This document shows positions 14,617-28,006 of a DNA stretch of 64,000 nucleotides, one piece after another. The notes under the pieces were generated by a model. The model was given only the letters and a program-made list of their open reading frames with translations, was not told the origin of the DNA and did not search any database. Within the stretch, counting starts at the first letter, position 1; every line of letters begins with the position of its first letter. Source of the DNA: Paraspadella gotoi (lineage: Eukaryota > Animalia > Chaetognatha); NCBI GenBank assembly GCA_051294375.1, contig CM119265.1:28364260-28428259 (forward strand). The letters run 5' to 3'. Made by a program: the position numbers and the translations under genes.

Positions 14617-17600
14617 CCGTGTCGATAAAAGTCGATTTTTCCGTTTGGTTTTGAAAGACTCAAGTTTAAAAAATCATATCTCTTAAACAACTTGACCGAC
14701 TGTAATAAAATTTGGTCACATTGTCATTGATTCCTTTTTTAACAAATTTTATTTTTTTATATAATTTTTAAAAATATCTTTATAGAGCGTCTGGAATTTA
14801 AAGNNNNNNNNNNNNNNNNNNNNNNNNNAGAGAGATTATATTTTTTTTGTAGGCGCTGCCTTTTCTGAAATCGTTTAAAAAACGAGTTCAGGTTCTCGTC
14901 TCCTTCTCTCTCAGTGCTCTCTCTGTCTGTTCCTCTTCCTCCTCTCTGTGTGCGTCTGTCTCTCTTCTGTAACGATCTCTTGCGTGAGTCGTTCTTGGTT
15001 TTTTGAAAAAAATTCTGATTATTTTTTTCTTTCTAAAAAATATTTTATATTTGATCAGGCGCTTGCCTTTTCTGAATCGTTTAAAAAACGAGTTCAGGAT
15101 CTATCTCTCCGTCTCTCTCCGTCTCTCCTAGCATGATCGTTCGTTTTTTTGAAAATTCTGTTATATTTTTCTTTCTAAAAAATAAAGAAATCAGGTGCTG
15201 CCTTTTTGATCGCTAAAAAACGAGTTCAGGTTCTCTCTTTTTAATCTTCTCTCTCTCTCTGGCTTCCTCTCTCCCCCGTCTCTCTTCCGTCTCTGCTTCA
15301 GTCTCTTCTCCTTCTCTCTTCGTCTCTCTCCTACCGGTCTCTCTCCGTCTCTTTCCGTCTCTCTCTTTGTCTCTCTATGTGTGTGTCTGTCTATTCTCTA
15401 TCTCTTGCGTGACTCGTTTACGTTTTTTGAAAAATTCGATTATTTTTTTTCTTTTAAAAAAAATTACAAAGGCGCTGCCTTTCTGAATCGAGTCAGGCTC
15501 TCTCTCTCTGTCTGCCTCCGTCTCCCTCCGTCTCTTCCTGTCCTATCTGTGTGTGTCTGTCTATCTCTGTAAGATCTCTTGCGTTGATCGTTGGTTTTTT
15601 GAAAAAGTCTGGATTATTTTTAATCTTTCTAAAAAAAAAATTTTTTGTTGAGGCGCTGACTTTTTCTGAATCGTTTTAAAAAAACGAGTTTCAGCCTCTC
15701 CTCTCTCTTCTCATCTCTCTCTTCTCTCTCTCTCATCTCCTCTCTCTCTCTCTATCTTCCTCTCTCTCTCACTCTTTACTCTTACGTCTTTCTCTCTCTG
15801 CTTTCTCTTTCTCTCTGCTCTCTCTCTCCCTGTTTTTTTAGTCACTTTTTTTCTTCTCTCTTTCTGTCTTTCCTCTCTTCTTTAGATCTTCTTTTGCTGG
15901 GATCGGTTCGTTTTTTGATTATTTTTTTCCTTCTTAAAAACTTTTAATATCGCCATTTTATAAAATATTTGGAAAATCAAAATATCAATTGTGTCTTTCT
16001 CTCTCTGTGTGTTCTCTGCTCTCTGTCTCTCTCTGTCTCTCTCATCTCTCTGTGTGTGTGTCTGTCTCTTCTCTGATTATTCTCTCCTAAAACAATAACT
16101 GTACTTGACTGCTAGATTTCGTTGGTCGTTGCGGGGCAAACGGGTAACAATGTCGAGGAACACTTTGACCTAAATAACGATGGCACCGGAACGTTAGTGT
16201 ATAAAAAAAATCTACATGACCCAATTTCCACGCCGCCATTGCGAGGCAACTGGAAAAACCGATTAACGAGAGGAGACCTATAATGGCGGTCTCGTTGGGG
16301 GGAAAACTCTCTCTCTCTCTCTCCCTTTCTCTCTCTCTCTTTTTTTTTTTTAACAAAAAAAATTGTATCCAGTTTTTTTTTTGCGATTTTCTTTTGTGAA
16401 TCAAGCAGGGCGCGAACCTGTAGTCCTTTGGATTGGGTAGTAGCTTAGCGCTACCTCGAGGGCTACCGGACGAGTTTCAGGCTTCTCATCTCTCTCTTTT
16501 AATTAATATGTCGCTCTCTCTCTCTCTCATCTCTCGTTTTTCTCCGTGCTGCTGCTTCTGTTCTTGATTTGTGACGTAGTCGTCGTTCGTCGTCGTCGTC
16601 GTTGTCGTTGTTGCTGTCGTCGTCGGCATGCTTGCACGTTGCATTACTTTTTTTAACTTGCATAATTTTTTAAATTTTGTATATTTTTTCAACTTATTAT
16701 AATTTTTTTATTTGCAATAATTTTTTAATTGCATAATTTTTATTCATAATTTTCTTAGCTATCAAATTTTTTCAACCTTTATTTTTCACTGCATTAAATT
16801 TTTTATACTTCATATTTTTCTTTTATAATTTTTTCAACTTGCATAACTTTTTCAACTTGCATAATTTTTTTCAACTTGTTATATTTTTTAGCTTGCGATA
16901 ATTTTTAATTTGCCATAATTTTTTATAATTGCATAATTTTTTCAACTTGGCATAATTTTTTTCAATTTGTATAATTTTTTATAACTTGCAATAAGTTTTT
17001 CCAATTTGCATATTTTTTTCACTTGCACTTATTTTTTAACTCGCATCATTTTTCACTTGCATAATTTTTTTCAACTTGGCATAATTTTTTTTAACTTGCA
17101 TAATTTTTCGAATTTGGCTTAATTTTTTCAACTTGCATAATTGTTTCAACTTGTATTAATTTTTTTTAACTTGCATTTTAATTTTTCATATTTGCATATT
17201 TCTTTCAACTTGCATTATTTTTTTAACGTCGCATCAATGGTTTCCAACTTGCATAATTTTTTCACTTGCTATAATTTTTTTTACTTTCAATAATTTTTTC
17301 AAATTTGCCTTAATTTTTTCAACTTAGCATAATTTTTCTCAATTTGTATAATTTTGTAATCTTGCATAATGTTTTTCAACGTTGCATAATTTTTCAACTT
17401 GCTTAATTTTCACTTTGCAAATTAGATTATAGTAACTTTTTTCATTAATTTTGATGTAAGTTGTGCGAGATCAACTATACTTTTAAAGATTTTTTAATAT
17501 ATATCTGTATACCGGCCAAGGTAGAATGTGACAATATTGTTTAAATATTATGTTTCAAAAATTCCAGACCCATAGAATATATGAAAAATATTAACAAGCA

Positions 17601-18343
17601 ATCTTCGGGAAATCCATAGAATTATTTTTCGCAGAATCTACTCCGAGTTGAAACTCTGTAGAAATTCCGATGTTGAGCTCCTCTTTTACTTTTACTTTAA
17701 ATAAAAGATTTCACCAAAATGGACTAATTCACTTTCCACAGTGATCGTATCATATCAAATAATAACGCTAATAAAATGTTAAGAGAAAATTTTTGAGAGC
17801 GCCTTCTGGACACTTTGCATAAGGATTTCCAAAATTGGACGACATTTGATTGAACAGGAACATAACTCTAGTCGCGTTTATATTGTTTTCAAGGAAAGAA
17901 ATATCTCTTTCATTTCTTATATAAAATCAGAAATAGAAAATTTTTTCCGTCAAGAAGCAGTCTATTTGTTCTGGCTTGGTTTGATATCAAAGATGTTGTG
18001 AATTTGACAAGAGGAAAAAAAATTGCGAAGCCCTTCGATGCAACAGGATCGGGAATAAGTGTTTTTTACATCGAATTATATTTTACCAGAATTTTTTTAC
18101 CAGGAGCGTTTATATTGTTTGTAGTTCAGATTCTTGAACGAAGATCTCATTGAAAAAGTTCTTTCCTCGATCTCTAAAGAACGACGTAAGACTTTAGATA
18201 TACCCGTCGACTCAATGGCTTCCCTGGGGCAATAGAAGGGGCCGCGCCCATGGGGGAATTCTTTTATAATCAGTTAAAGGTACTATTAAAGCAATTATAC
18301 TAAGATAACCTTAAGGGCTACCGGAAGTCAAGAATTAAAATAT

Positions 18344-18384
<41 letters not shown>

Positions 18385-18600
18385 TATATATAAAATCCGT
18401 GTCGATAAAATAGTCGATTTTTCCGTTTTTGGTTTTTTGAAAGACTCAAGTTTAGAAAAATCATATCTCTTAATACAACTTGATCGCGACTTGTGAATAA
18501 AAATTTGTCACGTCATTGTCATTGATTCCTTTTTTAACAAATTTTATTTTTTTATATAATTTTTAAAAATATCTTTATAGAGCGTCTGGGAATTTAAAGT
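9015..18600. repeat. Complex satellite block (CT microsatellites, aggcgctgccttttctgaatcg units, ~20-bp ttgcataattttttcaac minisatellite) present three times
   Basis: Copies at 9015-11066, 11092-14803 and 14829-18600 are separated by 25-N gaps; copies 2 and 3 differ mainly by 1-bp indels. Confidence 0.85.
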
Positions 18601-19853
18601 TATAAAGTGGCGCGTTTTTTTTTTTTTTGTTTTTTTTTTTTTTTTGCACTGGTCTGTAACTGTAGCATTATTACAAAGATATATTATATATTATTATTAT
18701 TTCTGCACAAGCTATGACGCTGAAGAAAAAGAGATTATGATATCGAGAGAAGGATTGAGAAGGATTAGTGAAAAAAGCATTGATAGGAATCAATGAAAAA
18801 TCCAAGGTAGATTAAAATTTTAATGAAACTTTTTCAATAGAAACTTTACAATTACCTAAATAATAATAGTCTAAAAACTTATACAGAGTCAGAGATGTAA
18901 ACTTTTTTCTATGCATGGATTTGTTTTTCCTTCATACTTTTTTTCAATTTTTTGTCCCAAAATTATTTCTTTTTTCCTGAGATCATCAAGCGTTAACAAG
19001 CTTTTCCCGCCAATTCCCTTCCGCTCTCAGAATGGTGGTACAAAGCTTGCTCGGCTGCTTACCTTAACAGCAATTGGCCGCTGAACAGAAGATGGCTCGA
19101 TCACTTTGGACTCTCGAGAACGTTGATGAGGATACGAAAACTGCCATTTCACAAAACATGACATGACATGAAATTGCAATGTCATTGTGATACCTAATCA
19201 TTCGCAGGAAAACCGGTTCTCGTTAGGAGCATTGGTACTACGGCCTTGGGACTGATAACCGGTGTCGCAAGAAGTGAATTGTTTATTCATTATATTAATT
19301 TCTCTTTAAAAGTTTAAATGTCATTTCAAATTGTTCTAACCACTTACGGGCCGAGATCATTTTAAAAAGAACAAGGGTTTGTTTTACTAAACAAGCATTT
19401 ATATATAGAACAACATTTTCCACCTAAACCTTTATCGAATTAAGAAATGAATATTTTTAAACTGTTTATTTATTTCGAAACAAGGCCAAGGGAAATAAAT
19501 ATATAAGCTTTTTTTAAGTTTTCTTTGTTTTTTCAATGAATTATCTGTTTATTTATTATTAACTCATACTCATTAACCTCCCCTCCCCGGTTATTTTTTT
19601 AATGATTGAAAAAAAAAAAGCGAAACATAGCGAAACATTGGCAGAATCTAGACCGGAAATAAATGTTCGTGTTCATTTGTTCACAAATCTAAGTTATTCT
19701 CTGCCGTCGTTATTAAGGGACGCCTTGCGACATCTAGCGACTTCCAATTCGTATTTAAACTGTTTTCTTTTGTTTTTCTTCTTTTTTCAACGAGGCAGCG
19801 GCTTGGGAAATTTAAGAAAGACCAGTCCCTTGGAACAAAAGGAGAAATTAACT

Positions 19854-19956
<103 letters not shown>

Positions 19957-19973
19957 TTATTATACTTAATTAC

Positions 19974-20170
19974 CTTTCCGCCGTAGTCGAGACTGTCGTC
20001 GTCGTCGTCCTCTCTCTCTTCCTCCCTGTTGTTGTTGTTGATGTTACCGCCGTCATTGTTGTTGGCGTTGTTGGCGTTTTTATTGGCGGGGTTGACGTCT
20101 TCGGCTGCTTTCGGTTCTTCGAATTTCACTTCCTCTTTTTCGGTGACGATATTTTGGTGAAGATTTGAAT
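19974..20170 (-). CDS. Alternative 3' exon of the MARVEL-like gene (acidic/Asn-rich tail)
   Basis: The (CT)n tract and ATCAG acceptor are in phase 1, matching exon 6. Open frame SNLHQNIVTEKEEVKFEEPK...DDDDDSLDYGGK is followed by a GTAATT donor. Confidence 0.5.
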
Positions 20171-20176
20171 CTGATC

Positions 20177-20276
<100 letters not shown>

Positions 20277-20731
20277 TATGGCTGATATTTTTTCTTTTGT
20301 ATTCAGTAGCCTATTTGTATTCATTACCAGTTATCCAAATCTCACAAAATCTCAATTGAATAAATAAACAATAAAACAAATTTTAAAAAATATAAAATTA
20401 GTTAAAAAAAAATAACTTGACCAGAAAATATTATACAAAATAATAACACAAAAAAAACAAACAAACAAACAAAACTAATAAAAAAGAGGGAAAAAAAAAA
20501 CAATTCGAGCGGAAAATCCTACATTTATTTCATTGTTTTAGTTTTTACAGATTCATGAGAAAGACTGAGCGCAACAAAAGTCAAGACTGCGGCGCAACAG
20601 CGTCAATCTGTGCGCAACAGTCTCAATTTGTGCGCAACGAGCCCGATTGCAACAATCTCAATCTGCGCACAACGAGTTTGATCGCACTAAGTTGAGAATG
20701 ATTGCAACTCGTAGCGAATCATATCTAATAT

Positions 20732-23700
20732 TCATTTCAAATCTGCTTCTCCCGATGATTCCCTCGGCCTCTCCCCCTTTTCCTCTCCCTCTTCCTCCCC
20801 CTCATTCTTCTCCTCCTCCTCCTCCTCCTCATCTTTCCTCCCTCTCTTGTTCCAATCCTCGATTTGCGCCATCATGAGTCGTAACCTGATCTTCGGTTCT
20901 TCGCTTTCGTCTGCGGAAGAAAACCCGAAAAAGAGGTCAACGACGAGATGGCAATCTACACTGACCCTCTTTGTGACCTTGTCCGTGACCCTTACCCTCG
21001 ACTTGACTTTGACCCTATTTGGGACCTTGTCCGTGACCTTACCCTCGACTTGACTTTGACCCTGTTTGTGACCTTGTCTGTGACCCTTACCCTCGACTTG
21101 ACTCTGTCCCTGTTTGTGACATTGTCAGTCATTCAGACTCTGACCCCCAATTCTGAGTCTAACATTCACGTGGCACTAAGACCTAAGACCCAAAGGTTTA
21201 TCCTGGGAAACTTCTGGAAAAAAACCCACAACATAACAGGCCTTATTTTCAAAGAACGACCAATTTTATCTTATTTTCCCAAAACGCCCTATTTTATCTT
21301 ATTTTTTTAGACCGCCTCATTTTATCTCAAATTCAGAATTAGATTAATTTTTTTAGTTAAAGATAAGAAGTTAGGGTTAGGAATTAAGGTTAAGAACTTG
21401 ATTCGTAATTAGAGTTAGATATTTAGGTTAGGGACTAGCAATTAGGGTTAAAGGTTAAGGTTAGAAATTTGGGATGTAGGTTTAGGTTTGGTTATCAAAG
21501 TTAAAATCAAATCTGGGAAAAAAAAACAGAAAGGGGACACTCTCGGAAAAGAGAGTCACCAATTAAAATATGCAGAAAACTTGAACGGTCTTACCATCCT
21601 GCATTCTCCGGTAGAGGGCCTGACCCTCGGGTGAGTCCATCATCCTTCTGCCGATGATGCAACCGAGAAAGATGGTGAAGATGACAATGACGAGGAGTAG
21701 GAGAGCAGCGAAGAAGAGGGCGCCTGGAGTGAAAGGGAGATTATGATGTTGTGAAAGGGAGAGGGTGATGGAGTGAGAGGGATAGGGTGATCGAGTGAGA
21801 GGGAGATGCTAAAGATGAAGATGATGAAGAGGAGAGCGGCAAAGAAGAGGGCGCCTGGAGTTAAAGATTGTGATGTAGTAAAAGGAATCTTGTGATAGAG
21901 TACAAATGAAAACTCTTGATGTAGTAAACCACCTCACCGATGGCCATGGCCCGCATGTTCTGAAACATGTCGCAAGTCTGAGCCGTAATGCATTCCTTGA
22001 TGGGCAAAGGATTCTCCAGGCAATCTTCGTAATAGGATCCCAACGTGTCGTCCATCCAGATGGCGTAGCATGCAATTGCAATTGAATGGACGATGATGAT
22101 GATCACCATGCAGAACATGTCCATCACTCGCTGGGGAACCTGATTGAAAAAGAATGGAAGGATTAATTAAATATTAAATGAAATGCCATAAATGAAATTA
22201 CATAATAAGGAATTTTAGAAGCTTGTTACTCGCAGGTATTTGGTGGAAATGAGAACTAATATAAAAGTTAAATTTTTAATATACATAGATGATAGGCCAT
22301 GAACTATCAAAGCATTGGCCATTGGTCAACCGGGCTTCAATCTATTTGCGAACTTTGCCCAATGCCCATGCCTTTGATCTTTTGAACTGTACAAATAGCC
22401 GTTAGTTTTAACATGATTCACTCTGTTCAAAAATTAACAGCGTCTTCCTCTGTCTATTTTCATGAGAATAAAATCTACAGTTCTGTGAAAAAAAAGAGGA
22501 TACTCTTCAAACTTAAGTTGCGCTTGTTTTATGCACATATTTAAAAAAATTATGAATAATAAATATAGATTTTAAAATTAAAAATTTATATGTATAAATT
22601 AAAAGAAAATCGGTCCAAGCATTCAAGAGCTATAGGTACCGAAAGACAAGTGGTCAAAAACATTCGACATTTTAGTCACTACAAAAAACTATTTTTGAAG
22701 ATCTGCCAAAAACCGAAGATACTTTTTAGCCTTAATTTATGGGTATTGTATTTATATTTTTTTTTAAAAAATGTTTGAGAAATAAGGATTTTTGAAAGAA
22801 AATCGGTCCAGTCATTCCAGAGCTGCAGCCCCTTAAACACAAGAGGTAAGGCGACTTACCACCGGTCTCTCTCTCTAAACCCTTCCTCTCTCCTCTTTCT
22901 TTTTTTCTTTCTGATATTGTAGTAGTACTTCGTAGTTGTAACCTAATAGTTACTTTTAAAAAAGCAATGCTTCGTAATGAATAGCCATTTAACAACTAAA
23001 TTTATACCCATAGTTTCTTTTTCCATTATTTACCTATAATATCTTACATTTTAAAGGAATCTAACTTGATTTATTTTCATAATGTTTTTGGGTGTCCTCT
23101 ATTTTTTGCACAGGACTGTACTTTGGTTTCGGCTATAAATTCCTGTTTACTTAGATAGTTTACATAAATAGTATAAAGATTATGTTAAGGTTATGGACTT
23201 CGTTACTAATTTGCTTTGGAATCAAGGTTAGGGATTAGGTTAAATATTAGGGATTAGGAATAGAAATGGGGCGCTTTCGGAAATAGAGCAAGATGAATAA
23301 TATCATAATTAACCATGGCTTTCTCTTTGAGCAGACAACTAATACCATAACTAACCATGGCTTTTTCTTTGAGCAGACAACTCATATCATAACCCACCAT
23401 GGCTTTCTCTTTGAGCAGACAACTAATATCATAACTCACCATGGCTTTCTTTTTGAGCAGACAACTAATATCATAACTCACCATGGCTTTCTCTTGAGCA
23501 GACAACTAATATCATAACCCACCATGGCTTTCTTTTTGAGCAGACAACTATATCATAACCCACCATGGCTTTCTCTTTGAGCAGACAACTAATATCATAA
23601 CCCACCATGGCTTTCTTTTTGAGCAGACAACTCATATCATAACTCACCATGGCTTTCTCTTGAGCAGACAAACTAATATCATAACTAACCATGGCTTTTT

Positions 23701-25785
23701 CTTTGAGCAGACAACTCATATCATAACTCACCATGGCTTTCTCTTTGAGCAGACAACTAATATCATAACTCACCATGGCTTTCTTTTTGAGCAGACAACT
23801 AATATCATAACTCACCATGGCTTTCTCTTTGAGCAGACAACTAATATCATAACCCACCATGGCTTTCTTTTTGAGCAGACAACTAATATCATAACCCACC
23901 ATGGCTTTCTCTTTGAGCAGACAACTAATATCATAACCCACCATGGCTTTCTTTTGAGCAGACAAACTCATATCATAACTCACCATGGCTTTCTCTTTGA
24001 GCTGATAAAAGAGTTGATAAGCCATCAAGAAGATCATGATGAGAAAGAAGAAGGCGTGAACGACTATGAAGAAGGCGGCGAATCCCGGACGATGATCGTA
24101 TCTGCAATCGAAGATGTCGATGTTGGGAGTTGACTCCGCCGCGAATCTAAACGTTATGGGGCGGGTGAAGGGAGAATCGTGATAATAGAGAAGGGGAAAA
24201 AGTTATGGAAGTTAAAATTGTTATATTCATTATAATTATATTCAAGATAATGAGGTAGACCTATAACATCATTCCCCAGTATGTATCCTTGTCAGAACAT
24301 AGGATTCTACTTAGTAGTCTTAGTAGTCTTACCCTTATTGTTAAAAGAATAATCTTGGTCTCCCAAAAAAATGTTTCCTTCCCACTTCATCTTTCTGTTC
24401 AGCCTTTTAGATGTTATGAGTTCGAATTAATGACTTTTTAACAGAAATGATGTATGATGTCTATAAGAAAACTGGCATAAAGTATTTTAACCTTGGTTTT
24501 TCCGAGTCACTTCGCTTCCAAAAGAGTCGCGTTACAATTCCTACCGAACTTCACCGTAATTGAATTTTCGTCGCATTTATTTTACTCTCCTTCATTATAC
24601 ACTTTGCTGTATGAAATTGGTACAACCAATTTAAATAATTATACATTCTTTCATTAAATAAGTTATCTTGCCCCTGACTTTGGACCGGCTTTGTTGGTTT
24701 AAAGCCTCCATCACTGTTACAAGATATTGTGCGGACTATCTGCCCGTTCAGGCACTTTGAACTTGCTCTCCAGGTCCCCAGATAGAAATTAGTTAAAGTG
24801 CGAGTGAATGGTGAACGTTCACAACTGGAGATGATGATGACTAAATAGTACGATGACATGACGAAGCCGACGAAAACAAGGTCAGCACTGTAAGGAACGT
24901 CAATGACAAGTATTGAGCGAATGACCACGAGGAAGGCCGCCAAAGAAAAAAACTCATAACTCGCCAAAACAGCCGATGTCCGTCAGCCGCCTTACCTAAA
25001 TCGAACGCCCCTTAACTTTCCCTACTTCTGCCTCACCCCAGCACGCAGGCGTCGAGGATCAGGCAGCTGATTTTGAATCCCAGAGTCAAAACGAAAAGTA
25101 GTTTGATTTTCCTCTCGTGTTCCCGAACTGCTTCTTCCTGGAATGGGATTTGGGTGAGCATTAAAATTGAGAAAGGTAATATAAGGTAATATAATATATA
25201 ATATAAGGTAATATAAGGTCGATTGCGTGGAACGAGTTGATTTACCGCATTAAAAATTAGCGAATTACAGTTAAAAGCATTACTTCAGGAAGGCGTTGGA
25301 GTTTAAACGTGATAATGTGGCAGGAGAAGATAAACAGTTATAAAGATAGGTGGTCTAAAGTTAAGTAACATTTCTGTATTTTGTTAGCAACTCATGAAAT
25401 TAAGTAGCATTGTGGATAAGGCGCTAAGTTGGCAGGAGTAACTCCTATACAATGCCCGACTTCGTCTCGTCTTGCGTGTCTTGCTTGTAATTTTTGATTG
25501 TATATATATTTGTAAACATCTGTATCATACTCGATGAGATTAAAAGATATCATTATCAACGCTATTTATCATGATCGCATCCTAGATCATGTCAATGGTC
25601 ACGTCACGTCATTGGTTACAACAGCAACAGCAACAGCTTCCACCTGCGTCTCTCCAGGCATCAATGGTCGATTCTCGCTGTTTCCCATCGGCGCGCTGTT
25701 GATGTTGCCCGCTGGAGCGCTGGGTTCGGTCGCTCCTTGTTTCTTCCCTTTCCTTCTGAAGTCTGGCGTGAGAGATGTTGCAAGA

Positions 25786-25826
<41 letters not shown>

Positions 25827-26013
25827 CTATTTTTTCTTTCACTTAACTTGATTTAATTAATTCAAATATCTCGATAATAATTTCACTTTTCTCGTCAACA
25901 TTTGGTGAATTTTAAAACGACACGACGTTACTTAAACAAAAAACCGGCAAAATAAACTCACCTGCCAAACCGCGCGGTAGGACGGAACCCGTTATCGAAT
26001 TTCGTCCCGCCAT
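20732..26013 (-). CDS. Four-TM MARVEL-like membrane protein, ~314 aa; exons 26013-25962, 25762-25644, 25137-25037, 24146-23984, 22139-21938, 21723-21595, 20910-20732
   Basis: All junctions are GT-AG with matching phases. Four hydrophobic segments (LLFVLTLGFKISCLILDACVLG; FAAFFIVVHAFFFLIMIFLMAY; MFCMVIIIIVHSIAIACYAIW; AIGALFFAALLLLVIVIFTIFLG), a Cys-containing second loop and an acidic tail. Family assignment rests on topology only. Confidence 0.75.
20960..21140. repeat. ~48-bp intronic tandem repeat, ~3.5 copies
   Basis: gaccctgtttgtgaccttgtccgtgacccttaccctcgacttgacttt units. Confidence 0.8.
22478..23118. mobile_element. Tc1/mariner-type MITE (~640 bp) in intron 4 of the MARVEL-like gene
   Basis: Imperfect TIRs CAGTTCTGTGAAAAAAAAGAGGATAC and GTGTCCTCTATTTTTTGCACAGGACTG, flanked by TA on both sides; no transposase ORF. 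Confidence 0.75.
23296..24002. repeat. 42-bp minisatellite (~17 copies) containing the exon 4 end and splice donor
   Basis: Minus-strand unit CAAAGAGAAAGCCATG|GTGAGTTATGATATTAGTTGTCTGCT. Confidence 0.92.
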
Positions 26014-27059
26014 TTTTGTTTATTTAAAAAAAAACTAAATTATTAAATTTCGCTTGTTTTAAATCTAATTTGTTTATTAATCTTTTTTTCTGTAATTTAC
26101 TTCATTTGGTCAGGGTTACGGTCGCTTCAACCCCTTAATTGTTGGCGGGTCGCTTACGCGGATTTTCTACGGCGTTTTTTTAAGGCGCTGTTGCGGCGAC
26201 GACGACGACATCTGTAGTGACGAGCCGAAGAATAATCCTTCGCCTTTTGTTTTTCATTTCGCTCGGATCGAACAAACCAATAATTTTTTTTCTATGGTTC
26301 CATTAGGATTGTACCCAAGTAGGATTGCAATTCTAGGTGGGCGGAATCATACGGGGAGGAATCCTATGTGGGTGCAATCTTACGTGATTGGAATACTATG
26401 GATGCAATTGTATGCGAACGCAATGCTACGTGGGTGCTATCCTTGGAGCGCAATTATATGGACCCCATACGACGAGAGCGTAATCCTGCGACCATCCCTT
26501 TTCATTGACCCAAATTCTCAATTATCCGCTTGGCCACATATGAAAAAAAAAAGATGTTGGCCACTTATTACATTTTAGCTATTTTTGTCAACGCACTACA
26601 TCTATGGGTTCTTTCTAAGTTTTCTAATGTTTTTCTGTTTTTAACGAGATTTTGTTGAAAATATTTAAAAATATATTTTTACTCGCGGATCGGGATTTTG
26701 TGAATGAGTTATTTTTTTAATTTTGACTTCTCTCAAAATTTAGAACGAATTATAAACGCCTTGTGTTCTGTTAAGATTTATTTATAAAAAAATTGTACAA
26801 ACAATATAAATGAGAGATGAAAAATAGAGAAAGTGAAAAAAAAATGGCGGGAAATAAAAAACTGATAAAAAGTTGGATAAACCAGAAAAAAGAATAAATT
26901 ATTAATTAATTCCTTCAGACATTTAATTATAAATACTTTTTAATGGCCATATGTCTAAGTATGTATGTAGTAAAAATGATAAAATTCGGAAAGACTATTA
27001 AATTCGACGACTCGATTCAGCTGCCTTAAACCGTCTCTTTTCCTTCCCACCCCTTCTTT

Positions 27060-27830
27060 CTCCCCCTCGTCCTTTCCTTCCTCCCATTCGTCCTTTCCTT
27101 CCTCCCCCTCGTCCTTTCTTTCCTCACCCGTCCTTTACTTCCTCCCCTTCGTCTTTTCCTTCCTCCCCTTCGTCCTTTCCTTCCTCCCGTTCGTCCTTTC
27201 CTTCCTCCCCCTCGTCCTTTCCTTCCTCCCCTTCGTCCTTTCCTTCCTCCCCCTCGTCCTTTCCTTCCCCCCTTAGTCCTTTCGTTCCTCCCCTTCGTCC
27301 TTTCCTTCCTCCCCTCGTCCTTTCCTTCCTCCCCCTCATCCTTTCCTTCCCCCCCTTAGTCCTTTCGTTCCTCCCTTCGTCCTTTCCTTCCTCCCCCTCG
27401 TCCTTTCCTTCCTCCCTTTCGTCCTTTCCTTCCTCCCCTCGTCCTTTCCTTCCTCCCCTTCGTCCTTTTCCTCCTCCCCCTCATCCTTTCTTTCCTCCCT
27501 CGTCCTTTCCTTCCTCCCCTTCGTCCTTTCCTTCCTCCCCCTCGTCCTTTCCTTCCTCCCCTCGTCCTTTCCTTCCTCCCCTTAGTCCTTTCCTTCCTCC
27601 CCCTCGTCCTTTCCTTCCTCCCCCTCGTCCTTTCCTTCCTCCCCCTCGTACTTTCCTTCCTCCCCTTCGTCCTTTCCTTCCTCCCCCTCGTCCTTTCCTT
27701 CCTCTCCCCGTCCTTTACTTCCTCCCCTTCGTCCTTTCCTTCCTCCCCTTCGTCCTTTCCTTCCTCCCCCTCGTCCTTTCCTTCCTCCCCCACGTGCTTT
27801 ACTTCCTCTCCCTCGTCCTTTCCTTCCTCC
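27060..27830. repeat. ~21-bp polypyrimidine minisatellite
   Basis: cctccccctcgtcctttcctt repeated >30 times. Confidence 0.9.
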
Positions 27831-28006
27831 TATATCTCCTCTTCCCTCCTTCCTTCCCTTCGTCCTCCCTCCCACCCCTGCTCCTCCTCCCTCTACCTCA
27901 TTTTCTCTCTCCCCTCTTCTTCCTCCCCCCTTCTTCCCTCTTCTTCCTCCCTCCCTCTCTTCCTCTTCTTCCTCCTCTTCTTCCTCCTCTTTTCCCTCCT
28001 TTTCCT

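Noticed and set aside
9015-18600. Apparent segmental triplication
   Set aside because: Copies begin identically after 25-N gaps and differ by random 1-bp indels, typical of gap filling with unpolished long reads
21370-21500. Telomere-like TTAGGG runs (also ~7430-7560)
   Set aside because: Degenerate and embedded in a shared dispersed repeat; not a true telomeric array
24551-24967. 138-aa hydrophobic ORF in MARVEL-like intron 3
   Set aside because: Non-ATG start, runs into a dispersed repeat, and is not needed for the phase-consistent gene model
27124-27875. Repetitive ORFs (GEEGKDE)n, and similar ORFs at 10589-11131 and 48208-48459
   Set aside because: These are translations of mini/microsatellites with no splice or start context
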